Source of the DNA: an uncultured Chloroflexia bacterium
Lineage (GTDB): Bacteria; Chloroflexota; Limnocylindria; Limnocylindrales; CSP1-4
NCBI GenBank assembly: GCA_963828965.1
Contig: CAWHGL010000002.1
Span: 386,714 to 450,713, forward strand
Direction of reading: 5' to 3'
Length of the DNA: 64,000 nucleotides
Below the pieces are notes generated by a model. That model saw only the letters and a program-made list of their open reading frames with translations, searched no databases and was not told the DNA's origin. This document shows, one piece after another, positions 20,439-29,784 of this stretch; the stretch's first letter is position 1; the number at the start of each line of letters is the position of its first letter. The translations under genes and the position numbers were made by a program.

Positions 20439-21416
20439 GACGCCCGCTCCGCCGTCGCCCGGCCGACGAGCTCGAGGTACGCGTCCTCGAGCGACCCGCC
20501 GACGGTCCGCGATTCGACGATCAGTCGATCGGCCTCGCGACAGGCCACGGCGACCGAGGCGACCAGGGCCGGGCTGGGGGCCGCGTCGGCGATCTCGTAG
20601 CGCCCGGGCTCCAGCTCGAGCACGGGCGACCCGGCGGCTGCGGCGAGGCCGGCAAGGGCGTCCGCCGCGAGCGGGCGATCGAGTCGGAACCGGAGCCGGG
20701 GCCGCAGTCCGGCGGCCAGCCCTGCCGGCACGTCGTCGGCAACGACACGACCATCGACGAGGATCACGATCCGGTCGGCCAGTCGCTCCACGTCGACGAG
20801 ATCGTGGGAGGTGAGCAGGATGGCCAGGCCGTCCGTCCGCAGCTCGCCGACCAGGGCGCGCACCTCGGCCCGCGCCTCGGGATCCATGCCCGCGGTCGGC
20901 TCATCGAGGAGGATGACTTCGGGCCGCCCGACGAGCGCGACCGCGAGGGCGAGGCGCTGGCGCTCGCCGCCCGACAGTCGCCGATACGGGGTCGTGGCCA
21001 CGGCGCCCAGGCCGACACGCTCGAGGAGCGCGTCCGGGTCGTCCGGCGTGGCGTGGAACCGGGCGTACTGGTGGAGCGTTTCGCGCGGCCGGGCGCGCAT
21101 GTCGAACCCGCCCGACTGGAGCATGAGCCCGACGCGCGCACGCAGTTCGCGTCCGCCGGCTCGTGGGTCGCTACCGAGCAGCCGGACCGTGCCGCCGTCG
21201 GCGGCCCGATAGCCCTCGACGATCTCGACGGTCGTCGTCTTGCCGGCGCCATTCGGGCCGAGCAGCGCGACGAGCTCGCCGGGCCGGACCTCGAACGACG
21301 ACGCCGTCGACGACGGTGCGCGGACCGTAGCGCTTGACCAGACCGTCGACCGCGATGGCCGGCGCCGGGTCGGGCCTGACCGTGGACCCGGAGCCCGCCG
21401 CCCCGGAACCCGGCAT
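20435..21416 (-). pseudogene. ABC transporter ATP-binding protein; one frame break near 21297
   Basis: AIAVDGLVKRYGPRTVVDGV is in ORF 21171-21419. The rest, including Walker A GPNGAGKTTT (read in the upstream extension of that frame), LSGGERQRLALA and ILLDEPTAGMD, is in the frame of ORF 20435-21124. Confidence 0.8.
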
Positions 21417-22006
21417 CACGGCGCGATCTTGGCGTACTGGCGGTCGAAGTCCGCCGCGCCGACCTCCCCGATCTGGATCGACCGCAGGATCCCCTCAGCA
21501 TCGATGAAGTACGTCTGCGGCCGACCGGCGACCCGGTACGTGCTCTTGAGCGCCTTGTCGGGATCCTCGACCGTCGGCCAGGTGGCACCGTACTCGGCGA
21601 CGAACTGTCGCGCGGGTTCGACTGGATCGTCGGTCAGCACCCCGACCACTGCGAGACCGTCGGCCGCGTACTGGGCTTCCTTGTCGAGCAGCAGGGGAAA
21701 CTCCTCGCGGCAGGGCACGCATGACGGCCCCCAGAAGTTCACGATGACCGGGCGGCCGGCGTAGTCGGCCAGGTCGAACGGGGCGCCGTCGAGAGTGGTC
21801 CCCACGATCGGTGGAGCCGGCTGGCCGATCGATGCCCGTGGCCCGCCCGTGCCGATCCCGGCGTTGACGAACAACCACACGCCGACGGTCGTGACGACGG
21901 CGATGGCGAGAGCGATCAGGATCGGACGTCGCGGCGTGGTGGGACCTCGGGCGTGGCGCCCTACTTGATGGTCGCCGTCCCCGTCATGGTCGGATGGACC
22001 GTGCAC
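21416..22006 (-). CDS. TlpA/ResA-like membrane-anchored thioredoxin (thiol:disulfide oxidoreductase)
   Basis: One TM helix, then the VIVNFWGPSCVPCREEFP CxxC motif. Last redox gene of the oxidase operon. Start uncertain: the ATG at 22006 overlaps the upstream gene by 46 nt. Confidence 0.8.
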   Translation of the reverse strand: MHGPSDHDGDGDHQVGRHARGPTTPRRPILIALAIAVVTTVGVWLFVNAGIGTGGPRASIGQPAPPIVGTTLDGAPFDLADYAGRPVIVNFWGPSCVPCREEFPLLLDKEAQYAADGLAVVGVLTDDPVEPARQFVAEYGATWPTVEDPDKALKSTYRVAGRPQTYFIDAEGILRSIQIGEVGAADFDRQYAKIAP

Positions 22007-23053
22007 AGGAAGGTGTACTCACCGGGCGGCAGGGGCCCCGCGTCGTAGACGCGCGTGTCGACCCCGTTGAACGTCTCGCCCTGGAAGACCGGCGCGCCGT
22101 CCGGCCCCTTGAGCTCGAGGTTGTGGGGCACGTTCGCGTCCTCGTTGATGAGCGCGATGGTGAACGGGATGGCCGCCGGGCCGCTGATGTGGTCGGTGTC
22201 GAACTGGATGTCCTTGGCCGTCAGGACGATGGTCGCGGTCGGTGCCGCCGAGGGTGGCGGGGCGTCGCCGGGCGGCGCGGACGCGCCCGGGGAACCGGCC
22301 ACGGCCGGCGGGGCGGTCGCGTTGACATCGCGGGGAGGGATCCAGCCGAGCTGGATGACGGCCGCGCCGACGACGAGCCAGAGCAGGCCGGCGATGAGCA
22401 GCGTCGGCGTGCGCGGCGCCGGGATGTTCTCGAGATGGCCGGTCGTGTCGGCCTCGACGGTCTTGACGTACTCCTTGCGGGCGTCGACGAGCCAGCCGAA
22501 GAGCGAGACGACGAGCGCGATGAGCCCGGCCAGGAGCAGCCACTCCCCGAAGACGAGACCGAGCATGACCAAGGTCGCGCCGAAGGCCGCGAGGAACGGC
22601 CGGAACGAGGGTCCGGGCATGTGCACGCCGGGCGGTGGTCCGTCATGGATGACGGCGGGCAGGGCCGGCGCAGTCTCACCGATGTCGTGGTCGTAGTTGC
22701 GCAGCGCCTCCGCCATCCAGTACAGCAGCGTGATGGCCAGGATGATCAGGCCGAAGAACAGGAGATAGCCGCCGAACACGAGCCCGAGCAGGACCGTGAA
22801 CGCCCCGAACGAGGCGAGGATCGGCGCGAAGGACGGTCCGGGCATGTGGATGCCGGGCGGCGTCCGCGGTTCGATGCGCTGCTTGCCGCGGCTGGGCCGG
22901 CGGGGCGTGGAACAGCCCCAGGAAGATCCACAGGAGGATGGCCACCACCGCGAAGACCATGATGATGGGCAGGAGCAGGATGATCGCTCCCCAGTCGGGG
23001 ATGACGAAGTCCGCCATCAGGTCGAGGATGGTTCGCCAGATCTCCTCCAGCAT
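21961..23053 (-). pseudogene. polytopic membrane protein with two tandem HMPGPSF-type TM hairpins fused to a C-terminal cupredoxin (type-1 Cu) domain; one frame break near 22895
   Basis: N-terminus in ORF 22676-23053 (MLEEIWRT...FHAPPA), the rest in the frame of ORF 21961-22845. Repeat units GIHMPGPSFAPILASFGA... and GVHMPGPSFRPFLAAFGA.... The C-terminus VPHNLE...FLCTVHPTMTG supplies His/Cys/His/Met ligands. Confidence 0.75.
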
Positions 23054-23068
23054 CGACGCGGCTCTCGG

Positions 23069-23263
23069 TCAGTCGCGCGGGGAGCCGACGGCCAGGACGT
23101 AGGCCATGATCGCCATCGCGATGCCGAGGGCGAAGAGCATGGTCGCGCCGGCGTAGTCCACATGCCAGCCGCCCCACGTCGGGACGACCAGGAACACGAT
23201 CGAGAGCGCGATGAAGATCAGGCCGACCAACGCCGCGTTGCGGGGGTGACGGAGCAGATGCAT
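23069..23263 (-). CDS. small two-TM protein, putative oxidase subunit IV-like
   Basis: 64 aa, two hydrophobic helices, directly after ctaE. Assignment is by position only. Confidence 0.5.
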   Translation of the reverse strand: MHLLRHPRNAALVGLIFIALSIVFLVVPTWGGWHVDYAGATMLFALGIAMAIMAYVLAVGSPRD

Positions 23264-23271
23264 CGAGTCTC

Positions 23272-23940
23272 CTACTTCCCAGGCAACAGGTAGAGGAGCG
23301 AGAACAGCAGGATCCAGACGACGTCCACGAAGTGCCAGTACAACGAGCCCGCCTCGACCGCGTCATGGTGCTTGGCGGAGAACTGGCCGATCATGCCGCG
23401 GTAGAGGATCACGCCCAGCATGATCACCCCGCCGAAGACGTGGGCGCCGTGGAAGCCGGTCAGGGTGAAGTAGGTCGTGCCGAACGTACCCGAGGTCATC
23501 GTGATCGGATGCTCCTCGTGGCCGAGCATCCAGTAGTCCGTGAACTGCATCACGAGGAAGATGATGCCGAGGACGAAGGTCACGGACATGTTCCGCAGGA
23601 ACGACGTTCGGTCGCCACGGCGGATGGCCCACACCGCGAACTGGCACGTGAACGAGCTGATGATCAGCAGGATCGTGGCCGGCCCCACGAAGGGCAGGAT
23701 GGCCAGCTGGTACTGGGTCTGCGGCACCACATCCGGGATGTAGGGCGGCCAGATCGAGGCGTTCGCCCGGCTGTTGAAGTAGGCCGCGAACAGGCCGGCG
23801 AAGAACATCACCTCGGAGGTGATGAACAGGAGCATCCCCAGGACGGGATTGCTGATCCCACCCGTGGCGTCGTGCGCGTAGTTCTCGACCGGGTTGTGCT
23901 GGATCGGCTCGAGGGCCTGGCTGTCGGTGGCCATGGTCAT
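23272..23940 (-). CDS. ctaE: cytochrome c oxidase subunit III
   Basis: 222 aa. FITSEVMFFAGLFAAYF, TGFHGAHVFGGV and YWHFVDVVWI are typical subunit III motifs. Confidence 0.92.
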   Translation of the reverse strand: MTMATDSQALEPIQHNPVENYAHDATGGISNPVLGMLLFITSEVMFFAGLFAAYFNSRANASIWPPYIPDVVPQTQYQLAILPFVGPATILLIISSFTCQFAVWAIRRGDRTSFLRNMSVTFVLGIIFLVMQFTDYWMLGHEEHPITMTSGTFGTTYFTLTGFHGAHVFGGVIMLGVILYRGMIGQFSAKHHDAVEAGSLYWHFVDVVWILLFSLLYLLPGK

Positions 23941-23946
23941 CGGCTC

Positions 23947-25581
23947 CTAGTGCCCGGTCTGCGGGGCATGGCGGGCGTCGAACACCGGCCGCTCGGAGCG
24001 GATCTCAGGCAGATGGTCGAAGTTGTAGGCCGGCGGCGGCGACGAGGTCGCCCATTCGAGCGTGTTGGCCTGCCACGGGTCGTCACCGGCGGGCGCTCCG
24101 CTGCGCAGCGAGATGAAGATGTTCCACAGCAGGGGCACCATGCTCGCGGCGATGAGGAAGCCGCCGAACGTGGCAGCCAGGTTCAGGTCGTTCCAGCCCG
24201 CCGTCGACGAGTAGTCGGCGATCCGCCGGGGCATGCCGGCCAGGCCGAGCTCGTGCATCGGGAAGAACGTCAGGTTGAACCCGACGAACATGATCACGAA
24301 CTGGACCTTGCCCAGCGTCTCGTTGAGCATCCGGCCGGTCATCTTGGGGAACCAGTAGTAGAAGCCGGCCATGACCCCGAAGACCGAGCCGCCGAACAGC
24401 ACGTAGTGGATGTGGGCCACGACCCAGTACGTGTCGTGCAGGGCGAAGTCCACCGGCACCGAGGCGCTGAACGCGCCGTTGATGCCGCCGATGAGGAACA
24501 TCGACAGGAAGCCGATCGCGAACAGCATCGGCGTCGAGAAGCTCAGCTTGCCGCGCCACATCGTGAAGATCCAGTTGAACATCTTCACGCCCGTCGGGAT
24601 GGCGATGAGGAAGGTCATGAGGCTGAAGAACGGCAGGTAGACCGCACCGGTCGTGAACATGTGGTGGGCCCACACGGAGAAGCCGAGGGCACCGATCGCC
24701 GCCGTCGCGAAGACGAACGCCTTGTAGCCGAACAGCGGCTTCCGGCTGAACACCGGCAGGATCTCGCTGATCATGCCCATCGCCGGCAGGACCATGACGT
24801 AGACGGCCGGGTGCGAGTAGAACCAGAAGACGTTCTGATAGAGGATCGGGTCGCCGCCGTTCGCCGGGTCGAAGAAGGCCCCGCCGTAGTTGCGGTCGAT
24901 GAACAGCATGATCAGGGCGCTCGTGATGACCGGCGTCGCCATCAGCACGAGGACCGAGGTGACCAGCATCGTCCAGACCATGATCGGCATCCGGAACAGG
25001 GTCATGCCCGGAGCGCGCATCTTGAAGATGGTCACGAGGAAGTTGATGGAGCCCAGGATCGAGCTCGTCCCGATGAGGATCAGGGCGACGATCCACAGGT
25101 CCTGGCCCGGTCCGGGCGAGGACAGCGGGGCGTCCTGGGCCAGTGGGCTGTAGCTCGTCCAGCCGGCCGCGGCCGTCGGCCCGACGAAGAAGCTCAGGAC
25201 GAGCAGCGAGCCGGCGAGCGGCAGCATCCACAGCGACAGCGCGTTGATGCGCGGGAAGGCCATGTCCGGCGCGCCGATCTGGAGCGGCACGACGTAGTTG
25301 CCGAAGCCCGCCAGCATCGGGATCACGAACAGGAAGATCATGAACGTGGCGTGCATCGTGAACAGGCCGTTGTACTGCTGGTCGGTGAAGAACTGGAGCC
25401 CGGGCTGGGCCAGCTCCGTGCGCACGCCAAGGGCGAGCAACCCGCCCAGGAAGAAGAAGATGAACGAGTTGATGATGTACATGATCCCGATCTTCTTGTG
25501 ATCGGTCGTGGTCACCCACTCGTAGATCGCCCCCCGGGTGGAGCGGTAGGCAGGGGCGGCGGGGTGGAGCGCGGTCGCCAC
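23947..25581 (-). CDS. ctaD: cytochrome c oxidase subunit I (heme-copper oxidase, A-type)
   Basis: TTDHKKIGIMY, WFYSHPAVYV and VWAHHMFTTG motifs. I prefer GTG at 25581 (GAGGAG 7 nt upstream, just after the ctaC stop) to the ORF start at 25638. Confidence 0.95.
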   Translation of the reverse strand: MATALHPAAPAYRSTRGAIYEWVTTTDHKKIGIMYIINSFIFFFLGGLLALGVRTELAQPGLQFFTDQQYNGLFTMHATFMIFLFVIPMLAGFGNYVVPLQIGAPDMAFPRINALSLWMLPLAGSLLVLSFFVGPTAAAGWTSYSPLAQDAPLSSPGPGQDLWIVALILIGTSSILGSINFLVTIFKMRAPGMTLFRMPIMVWTMLVTSVLVLMATPVITSALIMLFIDRNYGGAFFDPANGGDPILYQNVFWFYSHPAVYVMVLPAMGMISEILPVFSRKPLFGYKAFVFATAAIGALGFSVWAHHMFTTGAVYLPFFSLMTFLIAIPTGVKMFNWIFTMWRGKLSFSTPMLFAIGFLSMFLIGGINGAFSASVPVDFALHDTYWVVAHIHYVLFGGSVFGVMAGFYYWFPKMTGRMLNETLGKVQFVIMFVGFNLTFFPMHELGLAGMPRRIADYSSTAGWNDLNLAATFGGFLIAASMVPLLWNIFISLRSGAPAGDDPWQANTLEWATSSPPPAYNFDHLPEIRSERPVFDARHAPQTGH

Positions 25582-25592
25582 GGGAATGCTCC

Positions 25593-26789
25593 TCAGTTCA
25601 CCGTGAGGGTGCCGGTCATCGTCGGATGGACCGTGCACACGAAGGAGTAGGCCCCCGCCGGAAGCGGCGGCACGTCGTAGGTCTTCTGGGCGACCCCGGT
25701 GATGATCTCCCCCATGAAGACCTCCTGGCCCGTGGGGGTGCCTTGATGGATGGCCACGTTGTGTGGCACGTCCGCGTCCTTGTTGTCGAAGGCGATCTGG
25801 AACGGCGTGTTCGCCGGTGCCGTCAGCTCGGACTGCTCGTACTGGATGTTCACGGCGCTGACCTGCAGCGGCGGGCCGGCCGCCGGCGCGCCGGACGGAG
25901 CGGGTTCACCCGACGCACCGGGCGCCACGCTCGGCGGCGGGGCCGGCGTCGCGTTGGCCTTGGCGACCTGGTCGGCCAGCCAGCCGTCGAAGTCGGTCGG
26001 GGAGAGGGCCTTGACCTGGAACAGCATCAGGCTGTGGCCGGTGCCGCACAGCTCGGCGCACTGGCCGTTGAAGGCCTGGCCCTCCGGCAGCGGCCCGGCC
26101 ATGTCGGCATCCACGTTGAAGTCGAAGGCGTTGATCCGCCCTGGCACGACGTCGCGCTTGAACAGGAATTGTGGGACGTAGAAGGCGTGGATGACGTCGG
26201 GGCTCTCCAGCGTGAGCCGGATCTGGCGGCCGGCCGGCACGTACATGCCACCGCCGGCGCCGTTCGGGAGGAGCTGGGTGTAGAGGACCTTGTCGCCGGT
26301 CTCGTCGAGGTAGTCGAACTTCCACTGGAACTGGCCGGCGACCGCGCGGATGCGCGTCTCGGGCGTGGCCGACACCGCGTCGACCTCGTTGAGGGTCTGC
26401 CACGAGATCACGAACATGAACGCGACGATGATCGTCGGGACGACGGTCCAGACGATCTCGGCCACGTTGTTGCCGTGGGTCTGGGCCGGCAGGACGTCGT
26501 CGCCGGGCTTGCGCCGGTAGCGCAGGACGGTCCAGACGATCAGGCCCTCGACCACGAAGAAGATCACCACGGCGATCAGGAAGATGATCGTGTAGAGCTC
26601 GCGGATCTTCGCGCCCTGCGCGGTCACGGCGGCCGGCGGATAGAGGCTTTCGACGATCCGGCCACCGTAGCCCAGTGGATCGCCGGCGCTCAGCAGCACC
26701 ACGGCAGCGACACCGATGAGCAGGACCGCCCCGATGACGATGGCGGTCAGGGCGTATGAGGAGCGACCGGTCCTGGGTGAGCTCGCCAT
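25593..26789 (-). CDS. ctaC: cytochrome c oxidase subunit II (CuA) with a C-terminal cupredoxin (type-1 Cu) domain; no heme-c motif
   Basis: ATG 26789. Two TM helices. CuA site VIHAFYVP...CAELCGTGHSLM. After a Pro/Ala linker there is a second domain, VPHNVAIH...FVCTVHPTMTGTLTVN. No CxxCH anywhere. Confidence 0.88.
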   Translation of the reverse strand: MASSPRTGRSSYALTAIVIGAVLLIGVAAVVLLSAGDPLGYGGRIVESLYPPAAVTAQGAKIRELYTIIFLIAVVIFFVVEGLIVWTVLRYRRKPGDDVLPAQTHGNNVAEIVWTVVPTIIVAFMFVISWQTLNEVDAVSATPETRIRAVAGQFQWKFDYLDETGDKVLYTQLLPNGAGGGMYVPAGRQIRLTLESPDVIHAFYVPQFLFKRDVVPGRINAFDFNVDADMAGPLPEGQAFNGQCAELCGTGHSLMLFQVKALSPTDFDGWLADQVAKANATPAPPPSVAPGASGEPAPSGAPAAGPPLQVSAVNIQYEQSELTAPANTPFQIAFDNKDADVPHNVAIHQGTPTGQEVFMGEIITGVAQKTYDVPPLPAGAYSFVCTVHPTMTGTLTVN

Positions 26790-27029
26790 GCAGGTCCTCA
26801 GCGGAGATGGGGGCAACGCACCCGGACCAGGCGCGTCACCGTGTGCAGGTCGCGTCCGAACCGCCCGGCCCGGACCGCGGCCATGATACCCGAGCACCGA
26901 GGTCGCGCGTGCTCCGCGCACCGGGTCCGGCGACGATCGAGCGGCCGGTCGCAGCGGTTCGTGGGACGATGACCGGCGATGCGCAGTGGACCACCGTCCC
27001 AACGTTCGTTCCGGGTCGGGCGCCCGAGC

Positions 27030-28052
27030 ATGGCGACCATCGCGGCCGCCGCGGCGGGCGTCGGTGCGTGGCTGGCCGTGGCCGGACCGGTCGCGGCGCA
27101 CGGTCCCGTGCCGGCCGCTCCGCCGGACGCGGCGTCGCTCCTCCTCGACTGGTCGTTCGAGCCGCTGCCGACCCTGGCCATCGCGGTCGCCATCGGCTGG
27201 TGGGTGTGGGCCGTCCGGCGGGTCGACCGGGCGCATCGCGCCAACCCCGTGCCGCGCCGTCGGTCGGTCGCGTTCGGGCTGGGCATGCTCGCGATCGCGT
27301 TCGCCCTGCTGTCGGGTATCGACCGCTATGACACGACCCTGTTCTCGGTCCACATGGTCCAGCACGTGCTGCTCGCCATGGTCGCGGCTCCGCTCCTCGC
27401 CCTGGCCGCGCCGATCACGCTGATCCTGCGGGTCGCCTCCCACGAGACCCGCGTGCGCTGGATCCTGCCGGTCCTCCACTCGCGGGTCGTCCGCGTGCTG
27501 GCATTCCCGGTCGTGGCCTGGCTGCTCTTCGCCGCGGTCATGTGGGGCACCCATTTCTCACGCCTGTTCGACGCGGCGCTCGAGGACCCCTTGATCCACG
27601 ACGTCGAGCACCTGCTGTTCCTCTCGACGGCCCTCCTGTTCTGGTGGCCGGCAGTCGCGCTGGATCCCTCGCCGTGGCGGATGTCGCATCCGGTGCGCGC
27701 GCTGTACGTGTTCCTGCAGATGCCCCAGAACACCTTCCTCGCGGTGACGATCCTGGGCGCGTCGGCCGCGCTCTACCCGCACTACGCCTCGCTGACCGGC
27801 TCCTGGCTGCCGTCCCCGGTCGCGGACCAGCAGCTCGCGGCGGGGATCATGTGGATCACCGGGGACCTCATCTTCCTGACGGCGATCATGGCCATCCTGT
27901 ACGGCTGGATGAAGAGCGAAACCCGCGACGCGGCGCGGGCGGATCGCCGGGCCGATACGGAGCGGGTCGCCATCCGCGAGCGCGAGGCCAGGCTTGCGGA
28001 ACGGCTCGCGCGCGAGCGCGAGGAGGCTCAGGGGAGCGGCGCGTCCAGGTAG
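27030..28052 (+). CDS. ctaG: cytochrome c oxidase assembly factor CtaG (Bacillus/actinobacterial Caa3_CtaG type)
   Basis: Polytopic, with FSVHMVQHVLLAMVAAPLL, THFSRLFD and HDVEHLLFL motifs. Divergent from ctaC. Start taken at MATIAAAA. Confidence 0.8.
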   Translation: MATIAAAAAGVGAWLAVAGPVAAHGPVPAAPPDAASLLLDWSFEPLPTLAIAVAIGWWVWAVRRVDRAHRANPVPRRRSVAFGLGMLAIAFALLSGIDRYDTTLFSVHMVQHVLLAMVAAPLLALAAPITLILRVASHETRVRWILPVLHSRVVRVLAFPVVAWLLFAAVMWGTHFSRLFDAALEDPLIHDVEHLLFLSTALLFWWPAVALDPSPWRMSHPVRALYVFLQMPQNTFLAVTILGASAALYPHYASLTGSWLPSPVADQQLAAGIMWITGDLIFLTAIMAILYGWMKSETRDAARADRRADTERVAIREREARLAERLAREREEAQGSGASR

Positions 28053-29014
28053 CGTCGATAGGCTGCGGGGTCGACGTTCCCGCCGCTGACGACCCCGACG
28101 ACGGGACCCGCGCCGACCGCCGTCCCGAGCTCGTCCCCGTGGAATGCCATGGCGGCGACGACGAGCGCCCCGGACGGCTCGGCGACGAGCCGCGAGCGCT
28201 CCGCCGCCAGGCGCACGCCCGCGGCGATCTCGGCCTCGCTCACGGTCACGACGCCATCGAGGAGGGTCCGCAGATGCGCGAACGTCCGTACGCCCAGCGA
28301 CTGGGTCCGCGTCCCGTCAGCGCTCGTCCGCGACACGTCCGCCGCCGGCCAGCGGACGATGACGCCCTGCGTCAGGGAGTCGCGCGCGTCCGCGGCGAGG
28401 TCGGGCTCGACGCCGATGACGAGCGCGTCGGGTCGCAGGGCCTTGAGCGCGACCGCCACGCCACTGGCCAGGCCGCCTCCACCGATCGGCACGAGGACCG
28501 CGGCGACGTCCGGCAGGTCTTCGACGATCTCGAGTCCGACGGTGCCCTGGCCGGCGATGATCCGATCGTCGTCATAGGGCGGGATGATGGCCAGCCCGCG
28601 CTCAGCGGCAATGGTCTCGGCGACCCGCTGGCGTTCATCCGATGACGTCCCGACCGTGACGATCTCGGCGCCGTCGGCCTCGACTCGTTCGCGCTTGACC
28701 GTCGGCGCATCCGACGGCATGACCACGACCGCCGGGATGCCGAGCAGGAAGGCTGCGCGGGCGACGCCCTGGGCATGGTTGCCCGATGAGTACGTGATGA
28801 CACCGCGGCGCCGCTCGTCCTGGGAAAGGGTCGAGATGGCGTTGTAGGCGCCACGGATCTTGAACGCGCCGATCGGCTGGAGGCTTTCGGCCTTGAGCCA
28901 CTGGCGCGCGTCGGGTGGACCGAACGCGACCAGCGGGGTGCGGAGTGCGATCCCGCGCAGGCGCTCGGCCGCGGCACGGATGTCGTCGATGGTGACGAGC
29001 GGCTCGTCGGTCAT
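28028..29014 (-). CDS. PLP-dependent threonine/serine dehydratase (fold type II, no ACT regulatory domain)
   Basis: SLQPIGAFKIRGA (PLP Lys), SSGNHAQGVA and VPIGGGGLASG motifs. ATG at 29014. Confidence 0.85.
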   Translation of the reverse strand: MTDEPLVTIDDIRAAAERLRGIALRTPLVAFGPPDARQWLKAESLQPIGAFKIRGAYNAISTLSQDERRRGVITYSSGNHAQGVARAAFLLGIPAVVVMPSDAPTVKRERVEADGAEIVTVGTSSDERQRVAETIAAERGLAIIPPYDDDRIIAGQGTVGLEIVEDLPDVAAVLVPIGGGGLASGVAVALKALRPDALVIGVEPDLAADARDSLTQGVIVRWPAADVSRTSADGTRTQSLGVRTFAHLRTLLDGVVTVSEAEIAAGVRLAAERSRLVAEPSGALVVAAMAFHGDELGTAVGAGPVVGVVSGGNVDPAAYRRYLDAPLP

Positions 29015-29028
29015 CCGTGGACGGAGCG

Positions 29029-29373
29029 CTATCGACGCTCGCGATCGACCGCGCTCTGGCAGTCGATGCAGTGGGCGGCCCACGGGAGGGCCTCGAGCCG
29101 GGCGGCCGGGATCGGGTTTCCGCAGCGCAGGCACGTCCCGAAGGTGCCGGCATCGAGGCGGGCGAGCGCCGTGTCGACGAGCTCGAGCTGCTGGGTGGCC
29201 CGGTCACGCAGGGCGAGGTCGCGCTGCTGCTCGAAGACCTGGCTTGCGGCGGCGGCCTGCGATCCGTAGGTCATCTGCCCGGGCGCCTGGATCGTCTCCT
29301 CGACATCGGCCACGAGCCGCGCTCGCTCGACGAGCAGGGCGGCGCGCGCGGCGTCGGGGTCGAGCTCGGTCAT
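29029..29373 (-). CDS. DksA/TraR-family C4 zinc-finger protein
   Basis: 114 aa. Coiled-coil N-terminus, then CLRCGNPIPAARLEALPWAAHCIDC. Confidence 0.8.
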   Translation of the reverse strand: MTELDPDAARAALLVERARLVADVEETIQAPGQMTYGSQAAAASQVFEQQRDLALRDRATQQLELVDTALARLDAGTFGTCLRCGNPIPAARLEALPWAAHCIDCQSAVDRERR

Positions 29374-29414
29374 GGCGTGGACTGTACGCCGCGGATCAGC
29401 CGGTGCGACCGGCG

Positions 29415-29431
29415 TATACTCCGGGGGAGTA
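29415..29431 (+). promoter_or_regulatory. putative promoter -10 (TATACT) overlapping a 6-3-6 inverted repeat TACTCC-GGG-GGAGTA
   Basis: Located 21-37 nt upstream of the YHS gene ATG, with SD GAGGAGG between them. The operator interpretation is inference. Confidence 0.35.
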
Positions 29432-29451
29432 CTGACAGAGGAGGTGCCAGG

Positions 29452-29622
29452 ATGGCCGTCGCGATGGATCCGGTGTGCGGGATGGAGGTCGATACCGCCA
29501 CGTCCCTGCTCTTCTTCGAGTACCAGGGAACGACCTACTGGTTCTGCGGCAAGGGCTGCCTGCTCGAATTCAAGGACGATCCCGAGCGCTATCTCGCCGA
29601 GGACTACGTCCCGTCGATGTGA
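29452..29622 (+). CDS. YHS-domain protein (56 aa, metal-binding TRASH/YHS type)
   Basis: DPVCGMEVD...YQGTTYWFCGKGCLLEFKDDPERY; strong SD. Confidence 0.8.
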   Translation: MAVAMDPVCGMEVDTATSLLFFEYQGTTYWFCGKGCLLEFKDDPERYLAEDYVPSM

Positions 29623-29784
29623 CGCGTGCAGCGGGTCGCGGCGTCCGCCGGAGCCCGCCGCCTGAGACTCGGGTGAGTCGCAGCTAAGCGCCCATCGGCA
29701 TACTGCGGCCCCGCGATCGGATCGGGCACTCCTCGGAGGGATCCAGCGGACGCATCCGGCCCCGTGGGCCGGTGGAGGCTCCCG

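Noticed and set aside
21961-22006. The ORFs for the thioredoxin (21416-22006) and ctaD (23947-25638) both begin MHGPSD.D..., which looks like a shared motif.
   Set aside because: Both N-termini are alternative-frame readings of the paralogous cupredoxin C-termini (…CTVHPTMTG…) of the upstream genes. For ctaD, a downstream GTG with a strong SD is the better start.
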